Of a DNA stretch of 64,000 nucleotides, positions 29,247 to 37,661 are shown in pieces (the first letter of the stretch is position 1; each line of letters begins with the position of its first letter). Source of the stretch: an uncultured Gammaproteobacteria bacterium (GTDB lineage: Bacteria > Patescibacteriota > Patescibacteriia > UBA9934 > GWF2-40-263); the NCBI GenBank assembly GCA_964399675.1, contig CAYNRK010000002.1:46982-110981 (forward strand), read 5' to 3'. The notes beneath the pieces were generated by a model. The model ran no database searches, was not told where the DNA came from, and was given only the letters and a program-made list of their open reading frames with translations. Made by a program: the position numbers and the translations under genes.

Positions 29247-30089
29247 TTATTCTAATTTCTTTTTTTCTTCCCCTCCGTCTAAATAATTCTCATCGCTCAC
29301 AACACTCTCCCCCGTAGCTTCTTCAAGCTGCTGCCTGGCACTCTTTGCAATACCGCCACCTTTTTTAGCAGATTGTGCATTTTCATTATAACCATGAGAC
29401 TCATCTTTCTTAGCAATCTTTGTAGTTGACAATTCCGCTAGTGCTGTAAAAATCAATTCAGCTTCTGTCATGGCATCGCGCAAATTTTCTTTATCAAGAT
29501 CTTTCAAATCCTTATGCTGGCCAGTAGTCAAACCGCTCCATTCTTTATGAATGATATTTGTTAACTTTGCATATTCCAAACCTTTTTGAACTCCACTCTC
29601 CTGCCAATAATCAGTCAGCTTATTTCTAATTTCCTGCCCACGCATTCTTTGCTCAATCCATTTTTCAGGCGCACCCATTTTCTTCCAATTCTCCCTAGCT
29701 CTATTTACTGCTATTTCAGGATTAACTATTTCTTGCAATCTCTCATGCCCAACCTTAGCCAACCAAAGTTTAAATGGCTCTGCCTTCTTTGATGGAATTG
29801 ACTGTACTAGACGAAAAATGTCTTCTACATTACCCACATCAAATTCCCTCATTTTTCCATCTTTTGCCTTCATTTTCAAAGTGTGACAATTTGTCACGGT
29901 TTGATTTCCTTCTTTAATTAATCTTTCTTTTAACTTCCGCCAGTAAGCTCCCGGCGAACTGCTTTGTGTTAATACAGCAACAATATCAACAATGGCAAAA
30001 TACCATTTTTCTTCTTTTTCTATCCATTTCCTACGTACAGGAAAATCTTCGAATAGAATGATCGTCTTATTCGAATTTTGATCTGACAT
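29247..30089 (-). CDS. BRO-N domain protein (antirepressor-like)
   Basis: KWYFAIVDIV..LT, YWRKLKERL, QSIPSKKAEPFKLWLA and NLRDAMT. Confidence 0.85.
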   Translation of the reverse strand: MSDQNSNKTIILFEDFPVRRKWIEKEEKWYFAIVDIVAVLTQSSSPGAYWRKLKERLIKEGNQTVTNCHTLKMKAKDGKMREFDVGNVEDIFRLVQSIPSKKAEPFKLWLAKVGHERLQEIVNPEIAVNRARENWKKMGAPEKWIEQRMRGQEIRNKLTDYWQESGVQKGLEYAKLTNIIHKEWSGLTTGQHKDLKDLDKENLRDAMTEAELIFTALAELSTTKIAKKDESHGYNENAQSAKKGGGIAKSARQQLEEATGESVVSDENYLDGGEEKKKLE

Positions 30090-30254
30090 AAATCTTAATT
30101 TTTTCTAACAAAACCCAGCCTTAAGAGCTGGGATCGTGATAAAAGTTTATCGATTTTCTGGTGCATGGTCAAGCAAAAATTACTTTACAAAAAAACACCA
30201 ATAATTTGATGCTCTTTTGGAAACAAGCGAATGGGAAGGGAGAACTACCATTCG

Positions 30255-30725
30255 CTAAGTGTGCTGCTGCCAGTCCAAGGACCGCAGCAGAAGTACGAGG
30301 CTTGCGCACAGCGCGATGATTGCGCCGGCTTTTTGAAAGGGCGAGGTTGAGAGTTCCAACCCTTTCTCAGCAAGTATTGTGAACATGGTCATGCCGGCAC
30401 AGACCAACACCAACCCTCTTCGCACAAACCGATCTCTGGCACCGCTCAGCCACTGCCTTGCTTTGCAATCCACACGAGTTCTGGTTGAGATGAGGAGCAT
30501 GTGCCCACTCATGAAGATGAACATGATGACCGCGGTGAGTCCCATTGCAAGACCGTGCCACAGAGCATCTTCCTGCAACTTGAACCAATAACGGTCAATG
30601 ATCATGCCCAGCAACACACCCGTTGAGAGAGTGGTGAGCAGAAGGATCCCCAGTGCCCAACGACGAAGATTGATTGCTATTGAGGACCACAACCAAGAGA
30701 CCGCGGACGACATGTTCGCTTCCAT
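30255..30725 (-). CDS. Membrane hypothetical protein (high GC)
   Basis: About four TM segments; GGAGAGG upstream of ATG 30725. Confidence 0.6.
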   Translation of the reverse strand: MEANMSSAVSWLWSSIAINLRRWALGILLLTTLSTGVLLGMIIDRYWFKLQEDALWHGLAMGLTAVIMFIFMSGHMLLISTRTRVDCKARQWLSGARDRFVRRGLVLVCAGMTMFTILAEKGLELSTSPFQKAGAIIALCASLVLLLRSLDWQQHT

Positions 30726-30866
30726 CTTTCCCCTCTCCCACAAGCCAACCAGGACATACATTAGTTTCTCACACAAACCCATCCTCCGCAAAACAATCAA
30801 GCAATCTTGACAAAAACAGATTCCGCTGTTAATCTTTTTTCTGCCCCAGACAGCCGGGAGGACTAA

Positions 30867-30944
30867 ATGACCATCGGCGACTTCGTCTTTGTAGGGATCA
30901 TTGCTCTCTTGGTGTGGGTTATGTATACACAGTCAAGAGAATAA
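30867..30944 (+). CDS. 25-aa single-TM small protein (not in ORF track)
   Basis: GGGAGG SD then MTIGDFVFVGIIALLVWVMYTQSRE*; TTGACA-17-TAATCT at ~30807. Confidence 0.5.
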   Translation: MTIGDFVFVGIIALLVWVMYTQSRE

Positions 30945-30982
30945 CAGGCCTGCAAATCACCCAAACAGCCGGGAGAAGCAAA

Positions 30983-31279
30983 ATGGAATTCCTCCATTAC
31001 TACGTCATTTTCGTTGGTCTCATTCTTCTTGCAATGGCCTACTTTCTCATTGAGGGTCATGTGGCTCGCAAGAACATCCTGCGAGTTCTGCGCACAGACA
31101 CGCGCAGGAGGCTGACAAGCCAAGAGATCATCCAAGCAGCATCAAGCTGGGCTGTTCGCGGAAACGTCTACGCCTACCTCAAGGAACTCACACGAGAAGG
31201 CCGGGTTCAAACAAGCGGAAACCTCTGGGCGAGCCTTTCCAAAGACTCGCGCCAAACCATGCTCTTCTGGGCAACCTAG
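30983..31279 (+). CDS. TM-anchored protein with a possible winged-helix
   Basis: GGGAG SD; TM then LTSQEII...GNVYAYLKELTREGRV. Confidence 0.6.
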   Translation: MEFLHYYVIFVGLILLAMAYFLIEGHVARKNILRVLRTDTRRRLTSQEIIQAASSWAVRGNVYAYLKELTREGRVQTSGNLWASLSKDSRQTMLFWAT

Positions 31280-31398
31280 GCCCAGTGAGAACTCCTTCCC
31301 AACGCCAAAGCCTGAGCGTTGAGGAAAACGAAAAAGCCCATCACTCGGGCTTTTCTTGTTTGATTAAGAATTACAAAATCGCTATAATGCCCTCACAT

Positions 31399-32817
31399 AT
31401 GATCAAGCGATTTGTTTTTTCGTTCATCATCTTAATACTGACTTTTGGAACCTTTCCTGCTATCACACTTGCGGAAGAGGTTTTTGTTTTTAATCCGCAT
31501 TACTTAATATCAGATGCTGAAATGTCTGATCCTTCCGGTTTGTCTTTGGATCAAATAGAGCTATTTTTATCACGCGGCACGCTTGCAAATTACACATCCA
31601 AAAATGTTTTTAATGTTGAAAAAACTGCTGCTGAAATAATCTGGAACTCTGCACAAACTTTTGAAATCAACCCACAGTTTTTGTTAGTCATGCTTCAAAA
31701 AGAACAAAGTCTTGTTGAAGCCCCTTTCCCATCAAAAGATCAATACGACTGGGCAATGGGTTATTCGATTTGTGATGACTGTTCAAAATCAGATCCGCGT
31801 CTTCAAAAGTTCAAAGGATTTGGAAATCAAGTTTATTATTCTGCAAAACGAATCAGAGAAAATTATTTAGTTGATCTTGAGCGCCGCGGGTTTACAGAAA
31901 CAGGAGTTGGTCCTGGCAGAGAAAGTCGTATTGATGGAACAACAGTTATCCCGGTTAACAATGCAACCGCTTCGCTTTATACTTACACGCCTCACCTTCA
32001 TGGCAACAAAAACTTTGTAAAAATTTGGAACCGTTGGTTTAACCGCGAGTTTGTTTCAGGATCTGTTTTGCAAGACACTGCTACCGGCGGCATTTGGTTA
32101 ATCCAAAACGGAGTGCGCAGACCTGTAACATCTCGCGCAGCTTTTTATTCCCGATTCAATCCGGCAAGTGTGGTTCCAATAAACGCATCAATGATTGAGA
32201 GATATGACATTGGCAAACCAATCAGCTTTCCAAACTATTCCTTACTTAGATCTCCGCGCGGAACCGTTTATTTAATTGTTGATGATTTCAGACGAGGCTT
32301 TACTTCGCAAGAAGCTTTTCGAGCAATTGGATATTCACCTGATGAAATTGTTGATGTGAGTTTTGATGAGTTGTCCTCATACAAAGAAGGAGTCCCAATC
32401 ACAACAAAAAGCGTTTACCCTCAAGGAGCTTTGCTTCAAAACAATCAAACCGGTGGAGTCTTTTTTGTTGAAAACGGTTTAAAGCATGCAATCAGATCTC
32501 GTGAAATTCTCAATGCAAACTTCCAATTCCCACAATTTGTTCAAGTCAATCCGTCTGATTTAGAAAGTTATGAAACTGATGGATATTTAAAATTCCCTGA
32601 TGGAACTTTGATTGCAGCTAATGGATCGCCAGATGTTTTTGTTACGGAAAATGGAAAGCGCAGGCATATTGCAGATGAGGTGACTTTTAAAACTTATAAC
32701 TGGAAATGGAACCAAATTGTTTGGACAGATGAACGTTCGGTTTTAATTCACCCTTTGGGAGATCCGCTTACAACAGAACTTGATGAAGTTGTTGAGCTTG
32801 AAACCGCCTTAAAATAA
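31399..32817 (+). CDS. Secreted protein with a putative cell-wall-enzyme-like N-domain and repeated C-terminal modules
   Basis: Signal peptide; INPQFLLVMLQKEQSL and NNATASLYTYTPH; four G..(L/I)...VY.(I/V)..G.RR repeats. Confidence 0.7.
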   Translation: MIKRFVFSFIILILTFGTFPAITLAEEVFVFNPHYLISDAEMSDPSGLSLDQIELFLSRGTLANYTSKNVFNVEKTAAEIIWNSAQTFEINPQFLLVMLQKEQSLVEAPFPSKDQYDWAMGYSICDDCSKSDPRLQKFKGFGNQVYYSAKRIRENYLVDLERRGFTETGVGPGRESRIDGTTVIPVNNATASLYTYTPHLHGNKNFVKIWNRWFNREFVSGSVLQDTATGGIWLIQNGVRRPVTSRAAFYSRFNPASVVPINASMIERYDIGKPISFPNYSLLRSPRGTVYLIVDDFRRGFTSQEAFRAIGYSPDEIVDVSFDELSSYKEGVPITTKSVYPQGALLQNNQTGGVFFVENGLKHAIRSREILNANFQFPQFVQVNPSDLESYETDGYLKFPDGTLIAANGSPDVFVTENGKRRHIADEVTFKTYNWKWNQIVWTDERSVLIHPLGDPLTTELDEVVELETALK

Positions 32818-32818
32818 T

Positions 32819-33598
32819 ATGATTTGCTTTGCCGCGTTTACACCACACACCCCTCTTCTTTTAAAAAGTATTGGAAAGGAAAATACTGAAAAATTAAAGA
32901 AGACCCTTGAGGCCATGGATAAATTAAAGGCTTCTCTTGAGGCATCTGAACCGGATGTGATTATTACAATTTCATCTCACAGCATTAAACACGAGAACGC
33001 TTTTTCAATTAACCTTCATGATGAATATCATTTAGATCTAAAAGATTTTGGCGATCTCACAACAACAAAAGAATTTGCACCAGACCTTGAACTCATCACA
33101 CAAATACGCCGCGAACTTCACAAAGAACTTTTTCCTTTAACTCTTGATTCATCCGCAACCCTTGATTACGGAACCGCAATCCCACTTTATCTTCTTGATT
33201 CTAAATCAAAAATCGTTCCAATCTCTTATAGCAAACTCTCTAAAAAGAAACATGTTGAATTTGGAAGACACTTAAAAGAAATTGCAATGGACTCGCAAAA
33301 ACGAATTGCAGTAATTGCCTCAGGTGATTTGTCGCATTGTTTAAGCTCGGATAGTCCGGTGGAATTTCACAAAGACGGAGCTGTGTTTGATGAGGAAATA
33401 CAAGAAGCAATTCGACAACAATCTTTATCACATATTTTGGGTATTGATGATGAAGTTATTAAAAACGCATCTGAATGTTCTTACAAACCATTGTTGATTC
33501 TGTTTGGTATTCTTGAACGGATAAACGCACGACCGGAAATTCATTCTTATGAGGCGCCTTTTGGTGTTGGATACTTGGCTGCAGAGTTTCATTTATGA
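32819..33598 (+). CDS. LigB/Memo-like protein (AmmeMemoRadiSam B-type)
   Basis: PHTP, LDYG..IPL, ASGDLSH and YEAPFGVGY. Confidence 0.85.
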   Translation: MICFAAFTPHTPLLLKSIGKENTEKLKKTLEAMDKLKASLEASEPDVIITISSHSIKHENAFSINLHDEYHLDLKDFGDLTTTKEFAPDLELITQIRRELHKELFPLTLDSSATLDYGTAIPLYLLDSKSKIVPISYSKLSKKKHVEFGRHLKEIAMDSQKRIAVIASGDLSHCLSSDSPVEFHKDGAVFDEEIQEAIRQQSLSHILGIDDEVIKNASECSYKPLLILFGILERINARPEIHSYEAPFGVGYLAAEFHL

Positions 33599-35262
33599 TT
33601 GCGGAAATCTACATTCTGAAACGAATGCCCAGAAGAATCAAAGTCTTTGACTATTCTGTTGAGCCGTCAATGAAATTGAAACCCGGAGACTTGGTGGAAG
33701 TTTCATTAAGAAAGCAACGAGTTCTGGGAATTGTAAAACAATTAAAAGACAAACCGTTTCGCGGAATAAGACTGGTGCCGGTTACACAAATCATTGAAAA
33801 GAAATTTATAAGGGAGGAGCAACTCTCTTTTTTTGAATCATTGGCTTTTGATCTTGCGCAATCTGTTTCCTCTGTTCTTTATACTTCACTACCAATTCCA
33901 CCAAAAAGAGTTAGCAAAGAAAAAAATAAACCTTTAAAAAAACCGGTTCTTAGTGTTCCCAAAAGTGAATATAACTCGATAGTTAGAACTGTAAATCAAC
34001 TTTCAAACAGAAGAACGTCTTTTGTTTTTTTATCTGATCTCAAACGAATGGCAGCGGTTTTGCTTGGTTTTTTGCGCGAAAACGCTAATGAAAAAACGCT
34101 TGTTGTTGCGCCAACCATTCTTGATGCAAAACGCTTGCACAAGCACTTACCTGCAAAAACCCATTTGTTAACCTCAGAACATTCTAACAATGACCGCTAT
34201 TTGATTTGGAAAAAATTCGCAAGTGAATCCACTGGATGTCTTATTGGAACCAAACAATCTTTATTACTTGCAGATGAAAAAATCACAAACATATTTCTTA
34301 TTCGGTCTGGAAATCCATCACACAAACAACACGACAGAAATCCTCGCTATGATGTTCGGCTAATTGCCTGGGATTTGCAAAAACAATATCACACAAATTT
34401 ATTCTTTCTTGATGTGCTTCCGCGCGTTGATGATCTTGCAATGTTTCCGCAAACCAACATTCCGGGATACAGTCCAAGTGTTAAACCAGGTATTATTGAT
34501 CTAAACAAAGAGCGCCCAACCTCTGAGTATTTTGTACTGTCCTCCTCAGCACTTTTACAAATTAAAGAAACACTTAGTCAAGATCAAAAAGTAATTTGTG
34601 TTTTTAATCGCAAGGCTAATGATGAGTTTGGAATTGAATCGTTAACAAATACGTTAAGTAAAGAATTTTCAAATCACAATGTAAAAAGTTTTTATAAAGA
34701 GAAAAAAAATAGTGACGATTCTGATATTCTTGTAACAACAAACTATTATTTGGAAAATATTTTTGATCCGTTTTCCAATTCTCGTTATGGACTGATCGCG
34801 CACCTTAATCCTGATGCAGGCCTTTTTGCGCAAAGTTTCCGCGCGCTTGAATCAACACTTTTAAATGTGGAGCAATGGCGCGCGGTTGCAAATGCTTACA
34901 AATCAAACTTCTTATTACAAACCCAGGATTCAGAACTGTTTGAAAAATTTTTTGAAAATCCATTAACTATTCTAAAAGACGAGCTGCAAACAAGAAGTCT
35001 TTATGGACAACCACCAACACGTCAATGGTTTAGAATATCCTTCCAGGATTCAGAATCTCGAAAAGAAGAAATTGCAATTAAGGAAATCGAAAGAACGATC
35101 AGACAAACTGTAAACAACGCAAAAATCATTGGTCCTAAAAAAACAAAACGCGGAATGATGTTTGAGTGCGGAATTTTGTTAGACGATTCTGAAAAACTTC
35201 TCTCTTTGCTTGCAACACTCAAAGATCAATATATTATTGACACACACGCTTTTTCCTCCTAG
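33595..35262 (+). CDS. PriA-like protein (degenerate)
   Basis: FDY.V.....PGDLVEV.LRK..VLGIV N-domain; HKQ...PRYD; located before def-fmt. Confidence 0.6.
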   Translation: MIAEIYILKRMPRRIKVFDYSVEPSMKLKPGDLVEVSLRKQRVLGIVKQLKDKPFRGIRLVPVTQIIEKKFIREEQLSFFESLAFDLAQSVSSVLYTSLPIPPKRVSKEKNKPLKKPVLSVPKSEYNSIVRTVNQLSNRRTSFVFLSDLKRMAAVLLGFLRENANEKTLVVAPTILDAKRLHKHLPAKTHLLTSEHSNNDRYLIWKKFASESTGCLIGTKQSLLLADEKITNIFLIRSGNPSHKQHDRNPRYDVRLIAWDLQKQYHTNLFFLDVLPRVDDLAMFPQTNIPGYSPSVKPGIIDLNKERPTSEYFVLSSSALLQIKETLSQDQKVICVFNRKANDEFGIESLTNTLSKEFSNHNVKSFYKEKKNSDDSDILVTTNYYLENIFDPFSNSRYGLIAHLNPDAGLFAQSFRALESTLLNVEQWRAVANAYKSNFLLQTQDSELFEKFFENPLTILKDELQTRSLYGQPPTRQWFRISFQDSESRKEEIAIKEIERTIRQTVNNAKIIGPKKTKRGMMFECGILLDDSEKLLSLLATLKDQYIIDTHAFSS

Positions 35263-35273
35263 AATTAGCCAAT

Positions 35274-35747
35274 ATGACAGTCAGACCAATTCTCACAGAC
35301 CCAAACAAAGAACTTAGAAAAAAATCAAAAGCTGTTGATTCAGAAGATTTTCTTTCTGATGAAATTCAAAATCTTGTTGATGATCTTATTGAAACAATGA
35401 AAGTTGAAAACGGCGTTGGGATTGCTGCACCACAAATAGGAGTTCTCAAGCGTGTGATTATTGTTGAAGATGAGGATGGTCCAAGGGCTTTTATCAATCC
35501 AAAAATTATTTCAAAATCGTTTCGAAAAATCAAAGGGGAGGAGGGATGTTTGTCAGTGCCTGGAATTTACGGAATGGTAAAACGATCAAAATCCATTAAA
35601 CTAAAGGCGTTTGATCGAGATGGAAATCCTGTAACAATTTCTGCAGAAGGTTTTCCAGCAACTGTTTTTCAACACGAAGTCGATCACCTTAATGGCATTT
35701 TGTTTATTGATAAAATCATTGACTACACTTCCCCGCCGAAGATGTAA
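35274..35747 (+). CDS. def: Peptide deformylase
   Basis: GVGIAAPQ, EGCLS and QHEVDHL. Confidence 0.97.
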   Translation: MTVRPILTDPNKELRKKSKAVDSEDFLSDEIQNLVDDLIETMKVENGVGIAAPQIGVLKRVIIVEDEDGPRAFINPKIISKSFRKIKGEEGCLSVPGIYGMVKRSKSIKLKAFDRDGNPVTISAEGFPATVFQHEVDHLNGILFIDKIIDYTSPPKM

Positions 35748-35767
35748 CACGCTTCTCGCGTCACTGC

Positions 35768-36007
35768 TCTCCCCCTGCGTCGTTGCGAGCCCCCTTTCGT
35801 GAAACGGGGCGAAGCAATCTCCGTAAAGAATTCCCTCGTGTCCTGCACCTTGTGTCATTGCGAGCGAAGCGAAGCAATCTTCGTAAAGAATTATGGGGGA
35901 CAGTCACGTTGTATATAATTTCGGCAGTACTCGCTTTGTTCCGTGCTGGCGAAATTATATACAACGTACCTGTTGTGGAGATACTGGGGGTTCGTCGGAG
36001 GATTGTG
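35768..36007. repeat. ~240-bp composite palindromic repeat, copy 2
   Basis: Near-identical to 10628-10868; inserted between def and fmt. Confidence 0.85.
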
Positions 36008-36015
36008 AATAAAAT

Positions 36016-36954
36016 ATGAATACAATTTTCTTTGGCACGCCGGATTTTGCCAATCCATTTTTGCAAATACTTATTAACGACCAGGATGTAAAAGTCGTTG
36101 CTGTTGTGTCTCAGCCTGATAAGCCCTCTGGACGAAAAATGGAAATCAAGCCAACGCCTGTAAAGCAGTTGGCAATTGATAATTCAATTCCTGTTCTTCA
36201 ACCGAAAACATTAAAAGATGAAGGAGTGCTTGAACAGTTGGAAAAATTAAAGGCAGATGTTTTTGTTGTTGTTGCTTATGGAAAACTAATTCCAAAAACT
36301 GTTCTTGATTTGCCAAAGTTTGGTTGCGTAAATGTTCATCCGTCTTTGCTGCCAAAATATCGCGGGCCTTCTCCGGTTCAATGGGCACTTTTAAACGGAG
36401 ATGGAAAAACCGGAGTGAGTATAATGTTGCTTGATAAAGGAATGGACACTGGACCAATACTTTCTGTTGAGGAAATCTTGATTAATGAAAATGAAACGTA
36501 TCAGTCGCTTAGAAATAAAATTACTTCAGTCGGACCTGACTCACTTTTGAAAACTCTTAAGAATTATGTTGCTGGGAATATCAAACCTGTTGATCAGCAA
36601 GGCGATGTGTCTGTTACTCGTTTGCTTACAAAAGATGACGGGCATATTGACTGGTCTGAATCAGCAGAGGTGATTGATCGAAAAATCCGAGCCTTACAAC
36701 CATGGCCGTCAACCTGGACTGTTTGGAAAGAAACCAGATTGAAAATAATTACTGCGTCGTTGCGAGGAGGCCGTCCGACGGCCGACGAAGCAATCTCCGT
36801 TGGGAATGTTGCAATCGAAAATGAACGGCTGTTTGTAATGACAGGCAACGGGTCGCTAGAAATCCTAGAAATCCAACCAGAGGGCAAACAAAAAATGCCT
36901 GCTGAGGAATTTATAAAAGGACATCCTGAGATTGAAGGAACAACGCTAAAATAA
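36016..36954 (+). CDS. fmt: Methionyl-tRNA formyltransferase
   Basis: FFGTPDFA, NVHPSLLPKYRG and MDTG. Confidence 0.96.
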   Translation: MNTIFFGTPDFANPFLQILINDQDVKVVAVVSQPDKPSGRKMEIKPTPVKQLAIDNSIPVLQPKTLKDEGVLEQLEKLKADVFVVVAYGKLIPKTVLDLPKFGCVNVHPSLLPKYRGPSPVQWALLNGDGKTGVSIMLLDKGMDTGPILSVEEILINENETYQSLRNKITSVGPDSLLKTLKNYVAGNIKPVDQQGDVSVTRLLTKDDGHIDWSESAEVIDRKIRALQPWPSTWTVWKETRLKIITASLRGGRPTADEAISVGNVAIENERLFVMTGNGSLEILEIQPEGKQKMPAEEFIKGHPEIEGTTLK

Positions 36955-36971
36955 AAGAAGAAACACGTTAA

Positions 36972-37028
36972 AAAAACTCCACTTATACCATAAGCGACGA
37001 TCGTCACGGTTGGTATAAGTGGAGTTTT
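36972..37028. terminator. Long hairpin, probable bidirectional terminator
   Basis: aaaactccacttatacca...tggtataagtggagtttt with cgacgatcgtc in the centre. Confidence 0.65.
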
Positions 37029-37036
37029 GTTTTGTA

Positions 37037-37065
37037 TTGACATTTTTTAAAAAAAATGGTTAACT
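37037..37065 (+). promoter_or_regulatory. Sigma70 promoter of the guide-array/Tas-like operon
   Basis: TTGACA-17-TTAACT (TG-extended), 8 nt before the first array unit. Confidence 0.7.
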
Positions 37066-37073
37066 CCTCCCCT

Positions 37074-37642
37074 GGCGAGCGACGAGGCCTTGGGTTAAAC
37101 AATCGAAATGCGAGCAGCTCGCCTCCCTTTTGCTGGTCGACAGGTCCAGAGCACTACGTGCGATACCATACAAAACCAGCACCTTGGCACGTGGACAACT
37201 GCACTCTACGTGCCCTTGGGCGAGCGTCTGCCGGGTAGTCTTTACACAGGACGAACCAGGACAAACTCGCCCCCTTTCCACATTTGATTCTGAATTAAGA
37301 AGTTCCCCCCTTTTCAAGGGGGGATCCAGGGGGGTTAGAAATTAGAATCACATGTGTAAGGGTTCGATACCCTGATAGACCTTTAAGTCGAATGAAGTGA
37401 AGAACCCTTCCCTTTTGCTGGTCGAGACCGAGTTGGCTTGAAAAAGCGAAACCGTATCTGACCAGCACCTTGGGCGAGCGATCAAGATGGAGAACAACTG
37501 TTCGACGATATCGAAGCTCGCCCTTTCTTACATGAAAAGAAACCTGCAATTTCCTTTCATCTAAGAGGGACAAAAACCTCAACCTTTCATTGGCGAGCGA
37601 CTGTCGATCTGCCTTAACAGACGACCGAGCTGAAGCTTGCCA
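37074..37642 (+). ncRNA. Stem-loop dual-guide array (TIGR-like), 7 units
   Basis: Each unit is outer stem-GA-N10-short hairpin-GA-N10-outer stem, e.g. tgctggtc GA gaccgagttg gctt-gaaa-aagc GA aaccgtatct gaccagca. Confidence 0.85.
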
Positions 37643-37661
37643 GTTCCAACAGGAGAGACCA

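Noticed and set aside
29247-30089. Prophage indicated by the BRO-N gene
   Set aside because: No structural, terminase or integrase genes nearby.
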